Shown here: piece by piece, positions 14,001 through 26,500 of the stretch
How the letters are laid out: each line of letters opens with the position of its first letter
How positions within the stretch are numbered: position 1 is the first letter of the stretch
Source of the DNA: Octopus bimaculoides
Lineage: Eukaryota
DNA: 64,000 bases
NCBI RefSeq assembly: GCF_001194135.2
Contig: NC_068987.1
Coordinates: forward strand, 55,219,570 to 55,283,569
Direction of reading: 5' to 3'
Notes under the pieces: model-generated
Told to the model about the DNA's origin: nothing
Databases searched by the model: none
The model's input: only the letters and a program-made list of their open reading frames with translations
Position numbers and translations under genes: made by a program

Positions 14001-16551
14001 GGTTCTATGATATAAACTTTCTGTTTTAAAACCTTCCATCAAAATTTCATGAATTTATGCTCCAGATACCAACTTAATAATAACAGTTATTTTACTGAAT
14101 TCTTAATTTTTCCCAAAATTAATTAAAAGAAGCAGAATTATGATGACTAAAGGGTTAAACTCTTAGTATAATTTCTACTTTGAAACAAAAATATTTATGT
14201 TTTAATTACCTTTCATATTTTTATCATGTTTGTTGCCAATAACGAATAAGCTGAGAAAGCAGGAATTGCATCTTGGTTATTTGTTATGTTATTAGCTTAT
14301 CGTGGAGGCGCAATGGCCCAGTGGTTAGGGCAGCAGACTCACGGTCGTAGGATCGCGGATTCTATTCCCAGACCAGGCGTTGTGTGTGTTTATTGAGCGA
14401 AAACACCTAAAGCTCCACAAGGCTCCGGCAGGGGATGGTGGCGAACTCTGCTGTACTCTTTTACCACAACTTTCTCTTACTTCCTGTTTCTGTTGTGCCT
14501 GTAATTCAAAGGGTCAGCCTTGTCACACTGTGTCACGCTGAATATTCCCGAGAACTACTTTAAGGGTACACGTGTCTGTGGAGTTCTCAGCCACTTGCAC
14601 GTTAATTTCACGAGCAGGCTGTTCCGTTGCTCAGATCAACTGGAACCCTCGACATCGTAAGCGACAGAGTGCAACAACAATTAGCTTACCAACTTAAGGC
14701 TTGGCAGTTAGTATTTGTTTTATTTTGTTCCCCCTGGATATAACTCAATGATCTACTCCTCCCTAACTCCACTTTAGAGGAAGCACTGATTACCACTATT
14801 AGCAGCAAAAGCACTAAAATTATTGAAAGCAGAGTTTAACCTTTCCAGTGCCAATCTCTCTTGAGATCTGTCCTCTGCTATTGCTTCTGTGTTATAAAAA
14901 CCTTTCTCTGTAAGTATTCATATTTAAATTTAAATCTTTCCTCAGGATTTTGCCTGAAGAGCTTTTGCTGTGTTCTAAACACCAGCTGGAATAATGAGAG
15001 GAAAAAAAGTTGCTTACATTATTAAATAAATTCCTCCAGATTTTTCTTTTTTATTATTTCCAAAATCAGCAGTGTGTGCCATTAGAAAAAATGTCATGAA
15101 AGGTTTAACCCTTGTGATATTAACCCACCTGAAACACCCTTCTATGATGCAAATTTTTTATTTTAATGTAACATTAAATCTTTCCAACAATGTTTCATGC
15201 AAATTCATGTTCCAAATACCAGTTTAATAATGACTAAGTTACTTAACTAAATACTTCAAAATTAGTTGAAACAAAGGCAGTGTGTTTCCAACACAAATCT
15301 GGAACAAAAAGGCTAAGATGATTACCATACACTTCATTCTCCCATTAGGAAATTGCTACAAAACCCAGCTCATTTGAGACCACCTCTGGTTCCATGATAC
15401 AAAGTGATCTAAATAAAAACTTCCTTAAAAAATTCATACTAATTCGTATTCCAAACACCAGCATTATTCATGACTTTACTAAATTCTTCATTATTTTCAA
15501 GCTTAATTGAAACAAAAGCAGTGTGTTTCAACAAAAATATAGTAACAAAAAGGTTGAATAACACTTCGAATGTTGCATATGCAACAAAAAGCCACTGCTT
15601 CTTTTAAAGACAAGGTCAAGTCAAGGAAGTTTTTAGTGATGGCCCAGTGATCAATTTGCTTCTAGAACATTAACTGCTTTTCACAGTGACTGCTATATGT
15701 TAAATTGTAATGATATTGCTTCAGCTGGTTTATAGATCTGTTTGCTTTTCTATTATTTGGCTGCTTCAAGTTTTCTCCAGATCAAATAAACCTCTCCATG
15801 CTCGGCTTCCAAATTTATTATTGCATTTGTATTTGACAATAATACTTTTGATTCAAAAGTTGATGAATAACTTGCTCAAGTGTTTATACACACTATACGA
15901 CAAATCCACAAGCTTTATTCCAAAAGAGACTTTGTGTGTGTGTGTGTGTTATAACGTCTATGCATAGCTGACTGGAACTAAATCCATACTCAATTTTTAT
16001 TAAAATTCTATTTATCACAATTTAATCTAACAAGAGACAATCTCAACCATATCGCATTTATTTACACATTAGTATTTTTTCTCTTTACTAGTACTTATAA
16101 AATGCAGATGTGTCTGTGTGTTTGAGAAGCTTGCTTCCCAACTATGTGGTTTCAGGTTCAGGCCCACTGCACAGTACTTTGGGCAAGTGTCTTCTACTGT
16201 AGTCCCAATCTGAATAAAACCTTGTGAGTGGGTTAGGTAGATGGAAACTGAAAGAAGCCCATCATGAGTGTCTGTGTGTATAATATATATATTTTTTATA
16301 CATATAAAGAATAATAATAAATGGAGCAAAACGCATATAATCAATAAGTTCCTTATAATAAAGAAACTTATTGGTTATATGCATTTTGCTCCATTTATTA
16401 TTATTCTTTATATCTACTCAAAATACATCACTTTAACATGGAATTTCTACCCATTAACCGGGTATAATATACCAGTTTTTGTGTGATTTTTGTTACACTG
16501 GTAACTATTAACATATTTGCATTATCGAAGTTTTTCAACGGCGATAATATT

Positions 16552-16603
<52 letters not shown>

Positions 16604-19600
16604 GGCCCTGGGAGAGTAGAAAGATGGAGTATTTCCAATGCAGCACTGAATCTGAGCTTTAGGCTGTCTATACTTTCAGATTATAGTCTTAAGATCATAA
16701 TTCTGCAGGTGTAGAAAATCCAGGTGTCACAACAGTAAAACCATTGTGTGTTAGCTTAGCAAGGAATAAAATATAATCCAAATATGAAGACAAAGAAAGA
16801 GTTTATCACATTTTTAATGGACTAGTTACAATTGTTTCTGTACCAGTTGTTTTCAACACTAGTTCACGCAATAGTTCCAAGTGAAAACTTTTGAAATATT
16901 GGCAGTTTTAGACATCATAGTTTTTCAGACTTACATCAAAGGTGCACTCTTACATCGTACCCAATTGTGGCACAATGTAAGAGCACGTCTTTGATGCAAG
17001 TCTGAAGAAGTGTCACTCTGATGTTTAAAGCTGCAAATATTATGTAAATTTTCACTTGGAAGTGTTGCATGAACTGGCATTGAAAGCAGAGTTGGTACAG
17101 AAACAATTGTAAATGGTCATTAAAGATGTAATAAAATGCTGGTCTTCTTATTTGGATGTTATATATAGAAGTGGGTTATAAATGAGCATCACTGTAATAC
17201 AAGTGTTGTGTTTCCAGTCTTCTATGAAAAAACATCTGGCTATGAGGTAATATTATCTTAGCTGGAAACAGGTGAGGGTTGGTGACAGGAAGGGTACCCA
17301 GCCATATAAAATCTACCTCAATGAATTCCATCCGACCCATACAAGTATGGAAACCTGGACATTTTAAAAAACTTGATGAATAAATTAGTCAAGTGTTTAA
17401 GACTCATTGAAACAAAGCTTTATTCTAAAATATGTTGTTCAATGTGTGTGTGTTATCTTTATTTCTATACAATTTACCAATGCCACATAAAAAGCACCCA
17501 GCACACTCTGTAAAGTGGTTAATGTTAGGAAAGGCATCCGACCATAGAAACCATGCCAAATCTGACTGGAATCTGGTGCAGCTCTTCTGCTTACCATCCC
17601 ATGCCAGCATGGAAAATGGTTGTCAAATAATGATGATGATGATGAATTTCTATATATGGCTGAGTGGATCTAAACGCATATTAAATTTTTTTATTAAAAT
17701 TCAATTTATCACATTAATTTAACAAAAGTGATCATCTCAACCATATCACATTTGTTTATTACATGCCAGTATTGCTTTTCCTTATTAGAATTGACAAATA
17801 TGAGATTTTTGGAAAACCTTATGAAAAAATTTTGAAATTTTATTCTAACTTCAATTCAAAACACACAAACACATACAAGTACCCTAAAAAATGTTTTCCG
17901 AAACTGATTTCTTCTGCATTATTTGCTATGGATTCCTCTAGATTATAGTCTTTTCAGATAAGGCTTCTCTGATGCCTGTGCTGTTTTGCCATCAGATACA
18001 AACACATTGAATCAAGTACTTTAGCTTTTACACTTCATAGATTTCAAATTGATTCAGCTGAAATATCTAATTCTTGCCTTCACTCTCCAAAAACTTAATC
18101 ATCATCAAATCTGATTTTTCTCTGCTTGTTGTGGTTAGACAAGTCTTCCCATTTAGTATCTCAATCATGCACATTAATCTTGTGTGGCTTCATTTATGAA
18201 GATTAATGTTTCAGAACCTGACCTCCTTGCCACCCGCTTTCCTTACCCTTTGTTATATACCTGTACAACGTAGCACCCCCCACACCTTCTCCAGTATGAA
18301 TCGTTCATTTCTGTTACATGTCCAAACCAGAGTTGTTTGTCGCTGTGCATACATCTATGTCAGTCAATGCTTTTTACTTTGTACACAGAGAAACACATAT
18401 ATGGGTATATGTATATATACACACATGTATGTGTAGATGCACTTGTAGGTATATGTATAGATGCATGCATAGTGTATGTATAGAGGCACACATAGGTGTA
18501 TGTATAGATGCACACAGGTGTATGTATAGATGCACACAGGTGTATGTATAGATGCACACATAGGTGTATGTATAGAGGCACACATAGGTGTATGTATAGA
18601 TGCACACATAGGTGTATGTATAGATGCACACAGGTGTATGTATAGATGCACGCATAGGTGTATGTATAGAGGCACACATAGGTGTATATGTATACACACA
18701 CACACAGGTATATATGTATATACACATGTATGTATATATATATATATATGTATGTATATATATATACACACATATGTACACACACACACATAAGTGTGTA
18801 TACATACACATAAACATGTGCGCACACACACACATGAGCATTACTTCATCTTGATAGATGATAGCTGTCTCAATTAATCTACATCATCCTCATAATCTCC
18901 TACTATGTCTGTGTGTTCTGATATGATTCTGAAGACCAGCAGTTGACCTGCAAGGCTTTGAATACATATGACAGATAAGATTGAAAACTTTTGCAGGATT
19001 TATATAGCATATTTGTAGCATGGTAGATAATCTTATGCTCTCTCATGTGCCTTCTCAAACCTGTGTTACTCTTGACAATTTGTTTCCTGTGCTACACAAG
19101 TGTTGTTGCCATTAAATTTTTGCTATATGCATCATTATTTCATAAATATTGTGCAATTTCATGTGGCTTATGTAGCCAGCTGTTTTTTTGTTAGTGTTTA
19201 TATCACTATTGGCCAGGCTAACAAATGTTGTTGCATACTGTTTGTCACAATAAGCTTCCTCACATCATTGTAGCTTTCGTCTTACTGGCTAAGTAGGCAG
19301 ACCAACATTCTCCTTGAACAGAGTGCCAGTCCGTTGTGGAGCAACATGAAATAATGTTTTTGCTCAAGTACCCAATGCACTCCCTGTGTGAGAATTGAAA
19401 CCACAATCTTGTGATCATGGGTGCAACACCCTAACCATTAAGCCATGTGCCTTCTCGTGTGTGTACACAAACACTCGCACAGAAATGGATTATAGGATGG
19501 TGGGTTTTTTTTTTCTTTTTTTTTTAAAAAACGATATAATTTACTGTTTTCTGAGTTGCAACTTTTTATTTTTCAGGATCTTAAAAAAGCCATCATTGAT

Positions 19601-19748
19601 GATAGTTTGACTGTCTTGGTTATGATTGTAATGATTCCACATTCTGGTTGGGGTCGGCAAGGAACTGCTCAACCTCAGCCACCACCTGGACAGCTATGGA
19701 CTACAGTTTTTAGAAATGCCAGTGGTGTTATAAGGTAAAAATCAGATC

Positions 19749-19780
<32 letters not shown>

Positions 19781-19796
19781 CATTATTATTTATTAT

Positions 19797-19828
<32 letters not shown>

Positions 19829-20039
19829 AGGCAGTATCGTTAGCATGCCAGGCATGCTAACTTTAATTTTTAAGATGAGAGATTGACAGAAAGAATCATG
19901 AGTGTTGGATTAAGTAACTTATGGGACTTACTCCATCACTTTTCACTCCGAGTTCAAATCCTGGACTGACCAAAATCTTCTGAGTGGATTTGGTAGACAG
20001 AAACTGATAGTTCTTTGTGTATATGTGCATATGTTTGTA

Positions 20040-20081
<42 letters not shown>

Positions 20082-23000
20082 TATATAAATTTATATGCAA
20101 ACGCAAATGTGTGTGTGAGAGGCGGCAGATGATTGTGTCTCTTTGTCTTGCTATTATGTGATTGTTGTAAATGACTGACATTTATTTCCAATATTTTGCA
20201 TAAACATATCTGCCCATGAGGAAATATTACTTTGTTTTGGAACAGTTAAATGTTGGCAACAGGAAGAAAATCTGCTTCAGTAAATTTTGTCCAACTCTTG
20301 CAAGCATGGAATAGTGAACATCAAAACAATGATGATGATGGTGATTTCTTTGTTTATTCTTTGCAGAAATATTAGCTCTGCTGGTTATCAAAGTAGGAAA
20401 AGATTACGAGAATGCGACGGCCTTGTAGAATCGCTTATACATACAGTAAAAACAGCAATTGGTCAAAGTGACATCGATAACAAGCCCGTAGAAAATTGTG
20501 TCTGTATTCTTCGAAATTTGTCATATCGTATCCAAGAAGTGGACGATCCAGATTTTTTCAAAAAACGAACGCAACAACGACAACAGAAGATGTTAGAAAA
20601 GGGTAAAATGAAATTTTTTGTTTTTTGGTTTTGAAATGAATGTGTTTGACTTTTAGTGTTTTTTTTTTTTTTTAGTATGTTAAGTACATAGGCTGCTATA
20701 ATAGTAAATTATTTTCATGATTTAACATAAATATTACTATTAAAGTAATGGAAGTTTAATTGAAAGATAAAATGTTATTTATATTGCGATAATTTTTTTT
20801 TTTTTTATGATTTAGCATAAATATTTTTATGAGCCCTTCCTTCTGAGTATTACACACATCTGCCATTAACACTCCCCACCACTTCATTCATCACTCACTT
20901 TATCCACCCCCCACGTTCCTCTCTGTCATAGTACCTCCCTCTCTCACACCCCCTCCCTCATTCACACTACACATCATCCCTCAATTTCTCATCTGCTGTT
21001 GCTCTTCAACCACCCCCTTTTTATATTGTCACTTATCACCTCTGCCTCCTTGACCCACTCTTTCACCTTCTACCCCACCCCCAAACTGATATCCACCATG
21101 GACCACACCTCCACCCTTATTCACCATTCACTAAATTCGCCTCTTTTCCCATCCCCAATCATCTGCCACTTCCTTTTCACAACCTTGGAAACTTACCATC
21201 CACCTTTCCTGATCCACTTTCTTTCTCTTTTACACTCACCTTCTTATACCTTGAGGATACACTCTGAAACCTCATCATCATTTCTTTCTTTCCAACTTGG
21301 GTATCTGTATATCTCCTCTACAGCTTCACCTGTTTCTGTCCCTCCGTCATACTTTATTTAATCTCTCATCACCCGGTACAAAGCCATCTCCCTCAATACT
21401 AAGCCTCCATTCAGTCTAGGGGTTTTGTCTTGAGACTTACTTGGTGATTTCATTAGTGCTGGTGCTGCAAAGGAGCACCCAGTACAATGCAAATTGGTTG
21501 GTGTTAGGAAGGGCATCTCGCCATAGAAGCTTATATCTTGCTTGATAGCGTATATCTTTTATAACATCTAATACAAATAAACTTTGAAACTATACGCCTT
21601 AAAAAATTTGGGAATATTATATGCTGGAAGTTTAACCATTTTGGTTAAACATTGTCTATGTTCCAGTTAGTTTTTAAAATAATCTACAATTTTGGAGGAT
21701 TTAATAAAATAAATCTAACTCATAATTTGGTTAAGTATTTGGAACATAACTTAAGCAAAGATTCTGAAGTAAAATTACGATGGGTGCTTTTAAATTTAAG
21801 TGTGGACCTTTAAAATGATAGATATGCCATGCATTTTTCAATAACCAGTTTATCTTAGATAAGCTGGTTATTGAAAGAGGTATGGCATGCATGTATGTAA
21901 TATGATTATTATTTAAACTATTGCATTCAAACTGATCAAGTTTACCACAAAGGCAATGCTCTTTGTTCAAGCCAACCATATTTGGCCTTTGGGTATTGCA
22001 TAGAAACCTGTTTTCCTTTGTTTCAATATTTCAAAATTTTATTTGAACACATCACCATATGCTAGTATTTATAAATGACTGCTAGAAAAGATATAGTGTC
22101 AATGAATGCTAAAGGGTGATATAATGTAAAGTTTGAAGTGTGTTTATTTTAATATAGGAGAAAACACAGGTTGTTTTGGTGGTGCTGGGAAGAAGAAGAA
22201 TTCTCAAAAAACTGAAATGAAAGCAAAGCCAGACCCCAGGTAATGTTTTGGTTGAATTTCTACTTTTTATGAGGTTTTGGTGAGAAATTGAATTCAGTCT
22301 TCATTTTAGTTTATATTAAATCTTGTTACTATGTTATGTTTGCTTATATTATTTCCTTTAATATTTTTGCTACAGCTCTCATAAATTAACACCTCCAAAA
22401 GGCCAAGAAATACTTTGGCATCCAGATATCGTTCATATATATCTTCCCTTGTTGGCTGATTGCTCTAACCCAGTAACTTTAGAGGCTGCAGTTGGTGCAA
22501 TTCAAAACTTAGCTGCTTGTGATTGGCAGGTAAGAAATAATATTTCTTTTTTTAATTCTATTTCTTCACACAAATCAGAAGGGATTAAGGGGGTGGGGAT
22601 ATATACCCATTTAGGGAAGCTCTTAAAGTATCAGCCAAGTACTGGGGTTGATGTCATCAACTAGGCCCTCCACCAGAACTTCAGACTAGTAGAAAAAAAA
22701 ATCTTTCATGCAAAGTATGTTGGGCTATGGAGAAATATTAGCTTGATTGGAAACAGGTGAGGGTTGATATCAGGAAGGGTATCTGGCTGTAGAAAATCTG
22801 CCTCAAGGAATTTTGTGTAAACCATTCAAGCATGGAAAAGTGGATGTGAAAACACTGATGATGATTAGAAAGGTTGGAACTTTTTAAATCACATCCGGTT
22901 AGATTTCTCTTTTTTGTCTCAGGCCAACTTTCTTCTCTTAGCTATGAGGAATATATAGCAACCTCCTGGACTTTTCTAGCACACCATTTTGAAATATAGA

Positions 23001-23485
23001 GTATTGATAAAAAAAAAAAGATCAAATAAACAGTGATTCAGTGAAAATCTATCGCAAATTAGAGAAACTTCAAAATAAGAAGTAGTCACAGTCAGCACTT
23101 GAGAGGTTGAGACCAACTAAATTTCATTGTTTTTAGTTTTTAACAGTGTACTGTGCATACATGGCTGTGTGCTAGAATGTTTGCTTCTCGGTCACATGGT
23201 TCCATGTTCAAGTCCACTGTCAAGTGTTTTTTACTATGGTTCTGGGTTGAACAAAGCCTTGTTAATAAATTTGGTCGAGAGAAACCAAAAGAAGCCTGTC
23301 ATATATATGTGTGTGTATGTATAGGCATAGGAGTGACTGTGTGGTAAGTAGCTTGCTTACCAACCACATGGTTCCGGGTTCAGTCCCACTGCGTGGCACC
23401 TTGGGCAAGTGTCTTCTGCTATAGCCTCGAGCCGACCAAAGCCTTGTGAGTGGATTTGGTAGACAGAAACTGAAAGAAGCCCGTC

Positions 23486-23543
<58 letters not shown>

Positions 23544-26500
23544 TTGTCCCCCCACCATTGCTTGACAACCGATGCTGGTGTGTTTACGTCCCCCGTAACT
23601 TAACGGTTCGGCAAAAAGAGACCGTTAGAATAAGTACTAGGGTTACAAAGTATAAGTCCTGGGGTTGATTTTCTCTACTAAAGGTGGTGCTCCAGCATGG
23701 CCGCAGTCAAATGACTGAAACAAGTAAAAGAGTGTGTTTGTGTTTCATTGTCTTGACATCATGATAGTTGTAAATGAGTGTCACAGTCATGCAAGCAGTG
23801 TCATTCATTTCCAATATTCTGCATGAATGTCTTGCCATGAGGAAACCGGTATAAATGTCTTGGTTGGAAACAGGTAAGGATTGGCAACTGGCTGTAGAAA
23901 ATCTGCCCGAAGTAAGCTCCATCTTACCCATAAAGGCATGGAGAAGTGCATGTTAACTGATGATAATGTTGTGCTGCATTTCATTGTTTGTCTTCTCTTT
24001 CACAATTTATTGAATTCAAATTGAATAATTTTTATATGAAGACATTGTATGTATGTGTATGTGTGTATTTGTATCTATGCATGCACACACATACATATAT
24101 GTATATATTTTGCTTTTGTATTTGATTTGTAAGATTCATGGTGAGAAAAATCTTGTGTTGAAACAGAGGTTGTTCTTCAGTATGACTGTTTTGCCAATAT
24201 AAACACGTGCACTATTTGCATTTCCATTTAATTTCATTTATTATCACAGTAGAGTAGATGAAGGTATGTCACTGATGAAGCCTCAGACTGACAAATGATT
24301 GATTATTCAAATAGTTGACAATTTGATTGATAGTAATAAGTAAAATACAATCAGTGTATGTGTTATTAGAAAATTCACCTTCCCTCGATACAACAATGAG
24401 AACACACACACATGCACCCACATGTATGTGTGTATATGTATATATATATGGGAATGTTCTTCATATATATATCCAGCCCACTTATGTGTACCTTCCTTCA
24501 TTGGGTACTAAACTCCGCTTGCGAAGACCTGTTTAGGCAAGTGAAATCGAAATCGAACTAAATTCGACAACTGGCACCCATGCCAATGTCGTCTCCTTCA
24601 TTGGACATGAAACTCGGCTTGCAAAGACTTGTTGGGGCAAGCGAAAGCGAAATCGTGATGGCACCTGTGCCCAACGTCGCCTTCCTGGCACATGTAAAGA
24701 CATTCGAGCAAGATCGTTGCCAGTGCCGCTGGACTGGCTCCTGTGCAGGTGGCACGTAAAATACACCATTTTGAGTGTGGCCATTGCCAGTACCGCCTGA
24801 CTGGCCTTCGCGCCGGTGGCATGTAAAAGCATCCACTACACTCTCGGAGCGGTTGGCGTTAGGAAGGGCATCCAGCTGTAGAAACTCTGCCAAATCAGAT
24901 TGGAGCCTGGTGTAGCCATCTGGTTCACTAGTCCTCAGTCAAATCGTCCAACCCATGCTAGCATGGAAAGCGGACGTTAAACGATGATGATGATGTATAT
25001 ATGAAGAACATTCCCATTTAGAAACTTGGAATGGTAAAAGTTCAAATCTGTCACATAATTTGTGGTGATACAAAGAAGACATTTAATTTTACATTTCCAC
25101 ACTTCATCTAACTACAGGAGAATTTGAGCCAGTAATTCCTATGGGAATGTAAGCTGCAACAAGTTAGTCATTTATCAAAGAGAGAATTTTATCTCTTCTC
25201 TACTTAACAACAGAAATGGGTTTTATAAAACCATCACTGAGGAACCAACCAGACTATTGGATGTTGTTAAACCCTGCCGGTCACAATGTGCTTCCTCACA
25301 TTGGTATAGCTTTTGAATGATGCCTTCCTGCTGGCTTTGTAAGCAGGCAGGCAGGTCCACATTCCCCATGAATGGTACACCAGTCCATCGCAGAATTACC
25401 CATTTCTAGTTGAATGGACTGAAGCAACTTGCTTTGCTCAAGAACACAATGCACTGTCAGTCTGAAAATCAAAACCATGATTTGGTGATCGTGCTTGGCC
25501 ACACCCCTTCATACACATGCACACACAGACACACCAATACATATGTTTGTGTGTATGTAATATATATGTGTGTGTGTGTGTCACATAATTGCAGATTGTA
25601 CTTCATCTCTGTTTCTTTATTCTCCTGTTCATTTTTTTTTCATTTGTTATTTATTCCCTTGTGACAAATAAGGAAATGGTTATATTTCTAATGAAGAATT
25701 TTGGCTTGTAGTATTCATCAGTGAATAGACTAATACTGTAGAATTGTGGCAAATTCCCAGCAAGCCAGGCTTGATTCCAAGCTGAGCTATTTCTCTTTAC
25801 TTCCTCATGGCATCTACCATATGGTGATGGTCGAACTAACCATTGAGAGCTGTTATAAACATCGATGTTGTGGCTGCATATAATAATTTCTTTGTCTAAT
25901 ATTTGTCTATTCAGCCTGGTATAGATATCCGTGCTGCTGTTCGAAAAGAAAAAGGATTGGCTATCATAGTTGAACTGCTGGGTGTAGAATCTGACAAAGT
26001 GGTGTGTGCTGCTGCTACTGCCTTGAGAAATCTTGCCTTGGATCAAAGAAATAAAGAACTTGTTGGTAAGTTGAAGCTTTTTGTTTTAATATGCAGGATG
26101 TACACAAATCATAAAAGTACATCTTGTCTTTTTTAGCCTGGGTGGAAATAGGTTTCAACTCAAGGTAAAGTTGTTTTTGTTTTCTTAAGTATTTACTTTC
26201 TGAGAATGTGACTATGTGGTTAGAAAGTTTGCTTCCAAACCATGTCGTTTCAGGTTCAGTCCCACTTTGTGGCCCCTTGGGTGTCTTCTATTATAACCCC
26301 AGGCCAACCAAAACTTTGTGAGTGGATTTAGTAGACAAACTAAAAGAAACCTGTCATGTATGTGTGTGTTTATGTCTGCTTGTCTTTACATTGCAAGGTT
26401 GTAGTAAATTAGTGTCACTGTCATATAAGCAGTGTCATTCATTTCTAGATATTCTGTAAAGGCATTGTCCAGCTATGGGGAAATATAACCTTTGTTGGAA

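Noticed and set aside
18318-18854. Six 76-157 aa ORFs rich in C/V/Y/I/H/T
   Set aside because: Translations of a 22/24-bp minisatellite and TA/TG microsatellites.
20830-21400. C/T-rich stretch with a 120-aa ORF (20999-21361)
   Set aside because: Low-complexity strand-biased sequence with no motif or splice support.
25117-25152. 31-nt exon-like segment (ctacag|...|gtaagc) between exons G and H
   Set aside because: Not 3n between two phase-0 junctions, so it would frameshift the ARM domain; weak pyrimidine tract.
25651-26046. 131-aa minus-strand ORF; also 33376-33648
   Set aside because: Antisense shadows of real exons H and L, with no independent homology or splice support.
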